Shown here piece after piece: positions 16,581-24,793 of a stretch of DNA of 36,269 bases. Position 1 is the first letter of the stretch. Every line of letters begins with the position of its first letter. The DNA comes from Thermoleophilia bacterium (GTDB lineage: Bacteria; Actinomycetota; Thermoleophilia; Gaiellales; Gaiellaceae): contig JAYUEQ010000051.1 in assembly GCA_043739205.1 (NCBI GenBank), positions 1-36,269 on the forward strand. Reading direction: 5' to 3'. Below the pieces are notes generated by a model, which saw only the letters and a program-made list of their open reading frames with translations, ran no database searches and was not told where the DNA came from. A program made the translations under genes and the position numbers.

Positions 16581-17506
16581 GCGGCCTCCTCGCCTGCAGC
16601 TGCAAACTCGACTTCGCCGCGGGTCAGATCCATGAACGCTTCCTCGAGCGATGCCTGGTGCGGCGCCAACTCGTGCAGCACGATCGACTGTGCAGCCGCG
16701 GCTTCACCGATCTGTTCGGCGGTCAGCCCACTCACCTCGAGCAGGCCTGCCTCGGTGTCGCTGACGGTTCCGCCGAGGCCGGCGAGGATCTCGCGCAGCG
16801 CGGGGGCCTGAGGCGTGCGCACGTGGACGAGCTGCTTCGACGCGCCGGCGAGGAAGTCGTCGACGCTCGTGTCCGCGATCAACTTGCCTCGGCCAATCAC
16901 GATCAGATGGTCGGCGGTCAACGACATCTCGCTCATCAGGTGCGAGGAGACAAAGACCGTGCGACCCTCCGCTGCGAGGCTCTTCAGCAGGTTGCGAATC
17001 CAGTGGATTCCTTCGGGATCGAGGCCGTTGACGGGCTCGTCGAGCATGATCGTCTCCGGGTCACCGAGCAGGGCCGTTGCAATGCCAAGGCGCTGTCCCA
17101 TGCCGAGCGAGAACTGGCCGGCGCGCTTCTTGGCGACGTCGTGCAGGCCGACGACGTCGATCAGTTCGTCGACGCGGCTGCGTGGAATGCCGTGGGTCTG
17201 GGCGAGCGCCAGAAGGTGATTGCGTGCCGAGCGACCCGTGTGCACCGACCGCGCTTCGAGCAGCGCGCCCACCTCGTGCAGGGGCGAAGGATGGTCGCGG
17301 TAGTGCTTGCCGTTGACGGTGACGTCGCCCTTCGTTGGGCGGTCGAGCCCGAGGATGAGTCGCATCGTCGTCGACTTACCGGACCCGTTCGGGCCGAGAA
17401 ACCCGGTCACGATCCCAGGGTGAACCTCGAAGGAAAGGTCGTCGACGGCGCGCTTGTCGGCGTAGTCCTTGGTCAGCCCGCGCGCCTCGATCACCTCGGT
17501 ACACAA
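16577..17506 (-). CDS. ABC transporter ATP-binding protein
   Basis: Walker A GPNGSGKST, signature FSLGMGQRL, Walker B IMLDEPVNGLD, plus a C-terminal extension domain. Confidence 0.88.
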   Translation of the reverse strand: MCTEVIEARGLTKDYADKRAVDDLSFEVHPGIVTGFLGPNGSGKSTTMRLILGLDRPTKGDVTVNGKHYRDHPSPLHEVGALLEARSVHTGRSARNHLLALAQTHGIPRSRVDELIDVVGLHDVAKKRAGQFSLGMGQRLGIATALLGDPETIMLDEPVNGLDPEGIHWIRNLLKSLAAEGRTVFVSSHLMSEMSLTADHLIVIGRGKLIADTSVDDFLAGASKQLVHVRTPQAPALREILAGLGGTVSDTEAGLLEVSGLTAEQIGEAAAAQSIVLHELAPHQASLEEAFMDLTRGEVEFAAAGEEAA

Positions 17507-17569
17507 GCACGCGATCTCTGAAGGTCTTCTGAATGGACGCCGATCGTCCCGACGAGGAAGAATGCGGGT

Positions 17570-18349
17570 ATGTCATCTACGGAATCGGGCGACCTCGCAG
17601 GCAAGGTGGCGATCGTCACCGGCGCGAGCAGTGGTATCGGCTACGCGATCGCACAACTCTTCGCCAAGCATGGCGCGGCGGTAGCGATCAACTATCTCGC
17701 GCACGCGGACGACGCGAAGAGGTTGGTCGGGGAGGTCGAAGCGTCAGGCGGCCGCGCGATCGCGGTCAAGGGCGACGTCTCGGACGCGCAGGCAGTCGAG
17801 GCGCTCGTCGCGACGACGGTCGAGACCTTCGGGCAGCTCGACGTCCTCGTTAACAACGCCGGCATCGAGCAGCACACGCCCCTACTCGAGATCGCCGAGG
17901 AAGATTGGGACCGCACGATCGCCGTCGATCTGAAAGGGCCGTTCCTCTGTCTGCAGGCCGCGGCGAGACAGATGCAGAAGAACGGCGGCTCGATCGTGAA
18001 CATCTCGTCGATCCACGAGGACTTTCCGTTTCCCGGGTCCACGCCGTATGTGGCGGCAAAGGGCGGGCTGCGGATGGTGATGCGCAACGCGTCGCTCGAG
18101 CTCTCACAGTACGGGATCCGGGTCAACAATGTCGCGCCGGGTGCGATCGCAACACCGATCAACGCGGCCACGCTCGACGATCCCGCCAAGGTGAAGGAGG
18201 TGCGGCGGATCGTGCCGCTGCAGCGGTTCGGCGAGCCGGCCGAGGTTGCAGAGGTCGTCCTGTTTCTCGCGTCGGACCGTGCGTCGTACGTGACCGGGTC
18301 GACCTACTACGTCGACGGTGGCTATGTGCGCTTTGCGGAGCCGCTCTGA
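17570..18349 (+). CDS. Short-chain dehydrogenase/reductase (glucose 1-dehydrogenase / 3-oxoacyl-ACP reductase-like)
   Basis: Motifs TGASSGIG, NNAG, catalytic YVAAK and PGAI. GAGGAAG lies about 10 nt upstream of the ATG. Confidence 0.88.
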   Translation: MSSTESGDLAGKVAIVTGASSGIGYAIAQLFAKHGAAVAINYLAHADDAKRLVGEVEASGGRAIAVKGDVSDAQAVEALVATTVETFGQLDVLVNNAGIEQHTPLLEIAEEDWDRTIAVDLKGPFLCLQAAARQMQKNGGSIVNISSIHEDFPFPGSTPYVAAKGGLRMVMRNASLELSQYGIRVNNVAPGAIATPINAATLDDPAKVKEVRRIVPLQRFGEPAEVAEVVLFLASDRASYVTGSTYYVDGGYVRFAEPL

Positions 18350-19023
18350 TGGCCGTTGAGCGCGTCGCGATCCTGTTCGACATCGACGGGACGCTGATCA
18401 CCACGGGCGGCGCGGGCGCCACGTCCTGGAGGCTGGCGTTCGACGAGCTGTACGGGATCCCGGCCGACATCGGCGAGTTCACGGACGCGGGGCTGACAGA
18501 TCCCGACGTCGGGCGCAAGACGTTCGAAGGCGTGCTGAAGCGAGAGCCGGAGCGCAAGGAGTTCGCGCGCCTGCTCGAACGGCGGCTGCATTACTTGCAC
18601 GCGGCGGTCGAGGAGTCGGAGGGTTACAAGGTCTTCCCGGGCGTCGAGGACCTGCTGCCGAAGCTGATCGAGGACGGGTATCTCGTCGGCCTCGTCACCG
18701 GGAACGTGGAAGCCGCGGCGCACATCAAGCTGCATCGCGCAAAGTTGAACCGTTTCTTCTCGTTCGGGGGCTATGGCTCCGACGCAAGCGACCGAGGCGC
18801 GCTGACGAAGATCGCCCTCCGCCGCGCCGCGCTCGTCTATGGCGAACGGGTGACCCCCGACCAGGCGCTCGTCGTCGGCGACACCCCGCACGACGTCGAG
18901 GGTGCCCACGCCGCCGGGATCGAGTGTGTCGGCGTCGGCGCCTATCACTTCACCGCGCAGCAACTGCGCGACGCCGGCGCCGACTACGCAATCGACTCGC
19001 TGGCCGACGGGCTCCCGCTCTAG
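18349..19023 (+). CDS. HAD-superfamily hydrolase (phosphoglycolate phosphatase-like)
   Basis: ATG at 18349 shares a base with the SDR stop (TGATG). Canonical motif I FDIDGTL, motif II VTGN and motif IV VGDTPHD. The ORF-track start at 17905 lies inside the SDR gene. Confidence 0.85.
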   Translation: MAVERVAILFDIDGTLITTGGAGATSWRLAFDELYGIPADIGEFTDAGLTDPDVGRKTFEGVLKREPERKEFARLLERRLHYLHAAVEESEGYKVFPGVEDLLPKLIEDGYLVGLVTGNVEAAAHIKLHRAKLNRFFSFGGYGSDASDRGALTKIALRRAALVYGERVTPDQALVVGDTPHDVEGAHAAGIECVGVGAYHFTAQQLRDAGADYAIDSLADGLPL

Positions 19024-19931
19024 GCATGAGTCGTGTCGCCCCGCCGGTCGGGAGGGACGTCGATCCGGGCAAGTGGCACGAAGATCCGTGCGAGGCGACG
19101 AAGCGCTGGGGACGTTCGGATTGGCATGAAGCTCACCGGTCGCAGCGGCTCGTCGGGATCGCGGCCGAAGGCGATGCTGGGTGATCCGTCGAGAATCCAC
19201 GTCGAGAAGATCCACAGGAGCTCGGTGAGGAAGCCGGCGATGATGATCCCGATCGCAGCGCCGCGCATGACGCCGAGCGCGCCCGCTGGAACGAGCGCAA
19301 CGGTCATGCCGCACAGCAAAGCCAGGATCCCGATGCGGTAGCTCTTGTTCATCCGCGCCACCCAGCGCCTGAAGTTGAGCTGGTGGGCGCGTTGATAGGC
19401 GATCTTGTCGTGCTTGCTCATGTCTTCGTACCAGGTGTCGAGATCGCCGGGGCTGATTGCGTATTCCTTGGCCCAGAACGCGCACTGGACCGAGGCGACG
19501 AAGAGCACCGAGGCGAGCGCGAGAAGAAAGAGGCCGACGCCGGCCCAGCGGAACTTCGTCGTGTCCGGAACGATCAGCCCGATCAGGGTCAGGCTGAAGC
19601 CGGCGAAGAGCGCGGCCGCGACAGAGCCGGCGCTGTCAGCTGCGTTCGCCTGCCCGAGCGGGAACGGGCTGTCCCAGTCCCAAGTTCGCTCCGGCTGCTC
19701 TTGCGGGATCAAGGCAGCGCCTCCGGCGACGACTCCCCGGGTGGACGCGGGCGCGGCTCCGGATTCGGGGGAGACTGCGGCGGAAGCGGCTCGGGCCGCG
19801 GCGGACGCGGACGCGGTTCCGGGTTCGGCGGGCTCTCGGGGAAGCCGTCGCTCTGCGGGGGACGCGGGCGAGGTTCCGGATCGGGAGGACTGGGCTCTGG
19901 GACGTTCGAGACCGGTGACGCTCCACTCCAC
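19020..19931 (-). CDS. Hypothetical integral membrane protein (about 4 TM) with a low-complexity N-terminus
   Basis: The hydrophobic C-terminal two thirds looks convincingly membrane-embedded (AALFAGFSLTLIGLIV, GVGLFLLALASVLFVASV, IGILALLCGMTVALV, AAIGIIIAGFLTELLWIF). The N-terminal about 90 codons and the true start are uncertain because of an overlapping Pro-rich frame. Confidence 0.55.
   Translation of the reverse strand: MEWSVTGLERPRAQSSRSGTSPASPAERRLPREPAEPGTASASAAARAASAAVSPESGAAPASTRGVVAGGAALIPQEQPERTWDWDSPFPLGQANAADSAGSVAAALFAGFSLTLIGLIVPDTTKFRWAGVGLFLLALASVLFVASVQCAFWAKEYAISPGDLDTWYEDMSKHDKIAYQRAHQLNFRRWVARMNKSYRIGILALLCGMTVALVPAGALGVMRGAAIGIIIAGFLTELLWIFSTWILDGSPSIAFGRDPDEPLRPVSFMPIRTSPALRRLARIFVPLARIDVPPDRRGDTTHA
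19743..19888. repeat. Imperfect tandem repeat, three units with a 57-60 bp period
   Basis: About 29-bp cores GGACGCGGGCGCGGCTCCGGATTCGGGGG (19743), GGACGCGGACGCGGTTCCGGGTTCGGCGG (19803) and GGACGCGGGCGAGGTTCCGGATCGGGAGG (19860). In the minus frame of ORF 19709..19984 they encode PxPEPRPRPP three times. Confidence 0.8.
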
Positions 19932-20077
19932 ATGGCTCCTCCATTCGTCGCCTCAACGTTCGTGCCGTATGTAACCACGCCCACGAGCGAAATTCGACCA
20001 ATGCCGGCGCGCGTTCGGTGCAGCGGGGCTCCACCAAGCCGTCGCGACGACGACCACCCGCACGTTCTGCCACCTGC

Positions 20078-20335
20078 TCAGGCGTCGCGCGCAGCGACGA
20101 ACTCGGCCTCGACAGCGTCGAGGACGTCGTTCGGTGCTCCGTCGCGCGGGTCGAGCTCGCGCCACGCGAACTGCTCGAGATACGCGTCGCTGCCGACGAG
20201 GCCCTGCTCCATCGCCACCCGGTCGATCTCCTGCTGGAACCAGTCCGGGAGCTGGCGTGATTGCTGCGTTCCGTCGTCGAGTGTGACGCGGATCAGCGAC
20301 GGGATCTCCTGCCAGTAGAGAACGCGGACCTGCAT
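20078..20335 (-). CDS. Small conserved-looking protein of unknown function (85 aa), translationally coupled to the FDH Fe-S subunit
   Basis: ATG at 20335-20333 overlaps the stop of the upstream gene (ATGA). Sequence MQVRVLYWQEIPSLIRVTLDDG... The ORF-track start at 20524 lies inside the Fe-S subunit gene. Confidence 0.55.
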   Translation of the reverse strand: MQVRVLYWQEIPSLIRVTLDDGTQQSRQLPDWFQQEIDRVAMEQGLVGSDAYLEQFAWRELDPRDGAPNDVLDAVEAEFVAARDA

Positions 20336-21195
20336 CAGCGGCGGTTCTGCACGTACTGGTAGCCGAACCTGCCCTTGATGCAGAGGTTGCCCTCCGTCAC
20401 GTCGTGATCGTGCGGGGAGGTGACGTTCACGATCTCGTTGTCCTGCACATGGAGTTCGAGGTTGCAGCCGACACCGCAGTACGGGCACACCGTCGACACG
20501 ACCGTCTCGTTCTCCGCATCCCACGTGCCGGCCTGACGTTTCTCATACTCCGCCACCGACATCAGCGCGCCGGTCGGGCACACCGCAATGCAGTTGCCGC
20601 AGTACACGCACGCGGACTCGGGCAGCGCCACGTCGAGCTCCGTCGAGATGTGCGCGTCGAACCCGCGGCCGGCGACGGCGATCGCGAACGTGTTCTGATG
20701 ATCTTCACCGCACGCCGAGACGCACTTGTAACAGAGGATGCACTTCGAGTAATCGCGCACGTAGAGGTCGTTGTCGATCTTCACGTCCTGCGCGACCGTC
20801 GCCGCATCCGGGCCGAACCGATCGGGCTTGGCGTCGTACTCCTCGATGTAGGCAAGGGCTTCCGGTGCGGTCGAGAGGTCGACCGACGAGCCAAGGAGCT
20901 CGAGCACGAGGCGGCGTGAGGTGCGCACGCGTTCCGAGTCCGTGTGCACGACCATGCCCGGCTCCGCGATCCGCGAGCACGACGGGACAAGGGTGCGTGC
21001 ACCCTCGACCTCCACGACGCATACACGACAGACGTTCACCGGCGTGAGCGTGTCGCCGTAACAGAGTGTCGGCTGCTCGTTGCCGAGCATGCGGCACGCG
21101 TCGAGGATCGTCGAGCCTTCGAAGACCCGAACTGGCTGGCCGTCGACCGACAGCTCGATCATCTTCTTCGGCGCGGCGAGAACGACGCTGCTCAT
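20335..21195 (-). CDS. Formate dehydrogenase iron-sulfur subunit (NuoG-N-terminal-like)
   Basis: 286 aa. Carries a 2Fe-2S motif, two 4Fe-4S ferredoxin motifs and the 4Fe-4S domain normally at the N-terminus of the Mo subunit. 2Fe-2S region: CRMLGNEQPTLCY..VCRVCVVEV. Ferredoxin motifs: CILCYKCVSAC and CVYCGNCIAVCP. Mo-bisPGD-type cluster: CPYCGVGCNLEL...CIKGRFG. The ORF stops right after this cluster. Confidence 0.85.
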   Translation of the reverse strand: MSSVVLAAPKKMIELSVDGQPVRVFEGSTILDACRMLGNEQPTLCYGDTLTPVNVCRVCVVEVEGARTLVPSCSRIAEPGMVVHTDSERVRTSRRLVLELLGSSVDLSTAPEALAYIEEYDAKPDRFGPDAATVAQDVKIDNDLYVRDYSKCILCYKCVSACGEDHQNTFAIAVAGRGFDAHISTELDVALPESACVYCGNCIAVCPTGALMSVAEYEKRQAGTWDAENETVVSTVCPYCGVGCNLELHVQDNEIVNVTSPHDHDVTEGNLCIKGRFGYQYVQNRR

Positions 21196-22853
21196 GCGGC
21201 GAACACCTTCAAGTTCGCGATCGCCGACATGACCGCGCTCGCTGCCGTCTGGCCGAGACCGCAGATCGACGCGTCGCGCATCACTTGCGCGAGCTCCGCG
21301 AGTGTTTCAAGCTCGTTCTCGTGGGCGCGCCCTTCAGCGAGGCGGTGCAGCGCTTCCTCCTGCCGCACGGTGCCGACTCGACACGGGACGCACTGTCCAC
21401 ACGATTCGTCGCGGAAGAACTCTGCAATCCGGAGCAGCGCGGCCACCAGGTCGGCGCTCTCGTCGTAGACGATCACGACGCCGGAACCGAGCGTCACGCC
21501 CGCAGCGCGGGTGTCCTCGTAGGTGAGGCGCAGGTCGAGCAGGTCCGGGCCGACGAATGCGCCCGCCGCGCCGCCGAGGAGCACGGCCTTCGGCGGCTCG
21601 GCGCCCGCCAGGTCGAGCAGCTCGCGCAGCGTCGAACCAAAGGGAAGCTCGTAGAGACCCGGCTGCGCGACCGCGCCGGAAACGCAGAAGAGCCGTGTGC
21701 CCGTCGAGTCTTTCGTCCCCGTCTCGGCGTATGCCTCGCCGCCGTCGGCCACGATGTCGAGCACGTTGAAGAGCGTCTCGACGTTGTTTTCTGCGGTCGG
21801 CTTTCCGAACAGGCCGACCTCGACCGGGAACGGCGGCTTGTTGCGCGGCTCGCCGCGGAAGCCTTCGATCGACTGGAAGAGCGCCGTCTCCTCGCCGCAG
21901 ACGTAGGCGCCCGCGCCGATGCGCAGCTCGATGTCGAACCCGACGAGGAACTCGCGCGACCGTGCGAGATCGATCGCGTTCCGCAGCCGCCGGTGTGCGA
22001 GCGGGTACTCCGCGCGCACGTAGATGAAACCGTGGCTGCTGCCGGTCGCGAGCGCGGCGATCGCCATCGACTCGATCAGCGCGAACGGATCCTGCTCCAT
22101 CAGCACGCGGTCCTTGAACGTCCCAGGCTCGGATTCGTCGCCGTTGCAGACAAGGTAGTGCGGCTGGGCGGGCTGCTTTGCGACCGCGGCCCACTTGACG
22201 CCGGTCGGAAACGCCGCGCCGCCGCGGCCGAGCAGGTTCGACTCGGTGACCTCTTTCACGATCGCCTCCGGCCCGAGCTCGCGCGCGCGGCGCAGCGATT
22301 CGAAGCCGCCGGCCTGGATGTAGGCGTCGATCGATTCGGGATCGACACCCGCGGCGATGCGCCGCAGCAGGCGCAGGCCCGGCTGCCCCGCCTGCGGGAG
22401 CGGCGGGCCGGCGGCGGGGATCTGCTCCTCGACCGGATGCTCCCCGGCGATCGTGCGGTAGGCGGCAGGGGCGCGTTCGCAGAGGCCAAGGCACGGGGAC
22501 GGGAGGGCGCCCTCGGGCACGGTCGCGCCCTTCAACGCGCACGACAGGTCGGTGCAGACGTGCGTCACGTCCGCGGGCCGTTCGTCGAGTGCGATCAGTG
22601 CGTAGAAGCTCGCGACGCCGTAGGCCTCGGCGGGCGGCACTGCGAGCCGGCGCGAGGCGTAGCCGAGCGCGCCTTCGCTGACCCAGCCGACGCGCCGCTG
22701 GGCGGCGCGGAGTGCGGGCAGCAGCAGGTGACGCTTCGTGCGGTCGTCGCGCGTCGTGCGGCCGTTCGGGTTCGTTCCCGCGCCCAGCACCGCGTCGATC
22801 GCTGTCCGCTCGGCCTCGCTCGGCTCGGCATTCAGGAGCCGGAGGTCAGGCAA
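21192..22853 (-). CDS. NAD(H)-binding diaphorase subunit, fused NuoE-like plus NuoF-like (FdsG/FdsB type)
   Basis: 553 aa. N-terminal thioredoxin-like 2Fe-2S part (VCTDLSCALKG, CLGLCERAP), then NuoF motifs (GRGGAAFPTGVKW, NGDESEPGTFKDR, ESCGQCVPCRVG, ICGLG). Overlaps both neighbouring genes. Confidence 0.88.
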   Translation of the reverse strand: MPDLRLLNAEPSEAERTAIDAVLGAGTNPNGRTTRDDRTKRHLLLPALRAAQRRVGWVSEGALGYASRRLAVPPAEAYGVASFYALIALDERPADVTHVCTDLSCALKGATVPEGALPSPCLGLCERAPAAYRTIAGEHPVEEQIPAAGPPLPQAGQPGLRLLRRIAAGVDPESIDAYIQAGGFESLRRARELGPEAIVKEVTESNLLGRGGAAFPTGVKWAAVAKQPAQPHYLVCNGDESEPGTFKDRVLMEQDPFALIESMAIAALATGSSHGFIYVRAEYPLAHRRLRNAIDLARSREFLVGFDIELRIGAGAYVCGEETALFQSIEGFRGEPRNKPPFPVEVGLFGKPTAENNVETLFNVLDIVADGGEAYAETGTKDSTGTRLFCVSGAVAQPGLYELPFGSTLRELLDLAGAEPPKAVLLGGAAGAFVGPDLLDLRLTYEDTRAAGVTLGSGVVIVYDESADLVAALLRIAEFFRDESCGQCVPCRVGTVRQEEALHRLAEGRAHENELETLAELAQVMRDASICGLGQTAASAVMSAIANLKVFAA

Positions 22854-24735
22854 TAGCTTCCACCCGGATCGCCGTCGCCTTGAACTCGGCGGTGCCGCTC
22901 TTCGGGTCGGTCGCGTCGATCGTCAACACGTTCGTCTCGACGAGGTCGGGGAAGTGCAGGTTCATGAACGCGAGACCGGGGCGGAGGTTCTTGTCGAATG
23001 CGACCGGAGCCTCGACTGCACCGCGGCGCGAAGTGACGAGCGCCCGCCCGCCGTCGCGCAGTCCGTAGCGCGCGCCGTCTTCCGGCGAGACGAGCAGCGC
23101 CTCGCCTCCGGCGTGGAGCGGTGAGGAGAACCCGCCGGTCTGCACGCCGGTGTTGAACGACTCGAGGCGACGGCCGGTGGTGAGGCGTAGCGGGAAGTTG
23201 GCGTCGAGCACATCGACGGGCGGCGAGTGCTTGACGGGATGGAATGCCGCCGGCCGTTCGACGACGTCGTCCCAGAGCCGGCCGTGCAGGAACTGGTCGC
23301 CGGGATGCGTCTCGTCCCAGCACGGCCACTGAATCCCGCCGAGCTCCTCGAGCCGGGTGTAGGACATGCCCGCGTGCATGGGGGAGAGCGTACGCAGCTC
23401 GTTCCAGATGTCCTCCGGGCGCGGGCTGCCGAGGTCGACGCCGAGGCGGCTGCCGAGCTCGTAGACGATCTCGATGTCGTCGCGGGCCTCGCCGGGAAGG
23501 TCGAGCGCCTTGCGCACGCGCTGCACCCGCCGCTCGCTCGAGGTGACGGTGCCCTCGGCCTCGGCCCACGACGCCGAAGCAGGGAAGACGACGTCTGCCA
23601 GCTCCGCCGTCTTCGTGCGGAAGATGTCCTGCACGACGAGGCTGTCGAGGCTCTCGAGCAGTCGGCGCGCGCGGGTCTGGTCGGCTTCCGACTGCGCGGG
23701 GTTCTCGCCGATCACGTACAGCGCGCTCAGCTCACCCCGCTCGATCGCCTCGAACATCTCCGTGAGGTGCAGTCCGCTCTTCGGTGGGACTGTCACGCCC
23801 CAGGCTGCGTCGAACTTTGCGCGTGCAAGGTCGTCCTCCACCTCCTGGAAGCCCGGCAGATGCTTCGGGATCGCGCCCATGTCGCCGCCGCCCTGCACGT
23901 TGTTCTGGCCGCGCAGCGGCTGGAGCCCGGCGCCGTGGCGGCCGACGCCGCCGACGAGCAGTGAGAGGTTGATCAGCGCGAAGACGTTGTCGACGGCGTT
24001 GTGGTGCTCGGTGATCCCGAGCGTCCAGCACATCTGCGGGTACTTCGAATTGCCCCAGGCGTGTGCGAGTTCCCGGATCGCCTCGGCCGGCACGCCGGTC
24101 ACCCGCTCGGCTTCCTCGAGCGTCCACGGCTCGACCGACTCGCGATACGCGTCGTAGCCGGTCGTCGCGCGCGCGACGAACTCCTCGTTCACGAGCCCAG
24201 CCGTGATCACTTCGCGTGCAACGGCATTCGCGAGCGGGATATCGGTCCCGACGTCGAGCCCGAGCCACAGGTCGGCCCACTGCGCCGACGCGGTGCGGCG
24301 CGGGTCGACGACGAAGAGCTTCGCCCCGCGGTGCACGGCCTTCAGGACGTGGTGGAAGAAGATCGGGTGCGCGTCGCGCGCGTTCGAGCCCCAGAGGATG
24401 ATCAGGTCCGCAGACTCGCGCAGCTCTTCGTAGGAGCTGGTCCCACCGCCGGCACCAAACACCGTCGCCAGACCGACGACGCTAGGGGCGTGTCAGGTGC
24501 GGTTACAGCTGTCGATGTTGTTGGTGCGGAGAGCGACCCGGCCGAACTTCTGGGCAGCGAAGTTCAACTCGTTCGTGGCCTTGGAGCAACTGAAGATCCC
24601 AGCCTGTTTTCCCTGCTGTGCAGTGCGGCGGAAGCCGGCGGCGGCTCTGTCGAGTGCCTCGTCCCAGGTGGCGGTCCTCAGCTCTCCGGCGTCACGAACG
24701 AGCGGCTGGGTCAGCCGCGTGTACCTCGGAGGCAT
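22846..24735 (-). CDS. Formate dehydrogenase catalytic (Mo/W-bisPGD) subunit, selenocysteine-containing, lacking its own N-terminal Fe-S domain
   Basis: ORFs 24493..24735 and 22846..24462 are in the same frame, separated only by TGA (24493-24495) and 10 sense codons. The joined sequence reads NNIDSCNRT-U-HAPSVVGLATVFGAGGG, matching the FdhF Sec-site context. Downstream blocks are typical of FdhF (LRGQNNVQGGGDMG, VQDIF, TAEFKATAIRVE). ATG at 24735 is preceded by AGGA. Confidence 0.85.
24463..24481 (-). promoter_or_regulatory. Bacterial SECIS-like hairpin
   Basis: On the mRNA strand, 11 nt after the UGA, lies CGUCGUC-GGUCU-GGCGACG. This forms a 7-bp stem (one G-U pair) with a GGUCU apical loop. 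The GGUCUG occupies the same codon offset (+7/+8) as in the E. coli fdhF SECIS as I recall it. Confidence 0.7.
24493..24495 (-). other. In-frame UGA read as selenocysteine (codon 81 of the FDH catalytic subunit)
   Basis: The TGA sits exactly where E. coli FdhF has Sec (context C-x-R-x-U-H-x-PSV). The reading frame stays open and homologous on both sides. Confidence 0.8.
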
Positions 24736-24793
24736 GCGCCGATCCTAGACCGAAACGGTGGCGCGCTCGTTCCGCATTGTGGAACGCCCAAGA

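Noticed and set aside
19636-20073. 145-aa minus-strand ORF in the third frame over the tandem-repeat region, which had the highest third-position GC in my hand count
   Set aside because: The translation is almost pure Arg-rich low complexity (RRRR, RVRVRR) with no hydrophobic core. The GC3 signal over 120 nt of repeat DNA is too small a sample to trust.
21066-22856. 596-aa plus-strand ORF opposite the NuoEF-like gene, and the 402-aa minus-strand alternative frame at 21334..22542
   Set aside because: Both are Arg-rich low-complexity translations. The 553-aa minus-strand frame carries unmistakable NuoE/NuoF motifs.
24463-24495. Reading the in-frame TGA in the formate dehydrogenase gene as a nonsense mutation or pseudogene, or as two separate genes
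   Set aside because: The TGA falls exactly at the Sec position of the conserved C-x-R-x-U-H-x-PSV context. The frame is open and homologous on both sides, and a SECIS-like hairpin follows at the expected distance. Selenocysteine is the better explanation, pending a check for sel genes.
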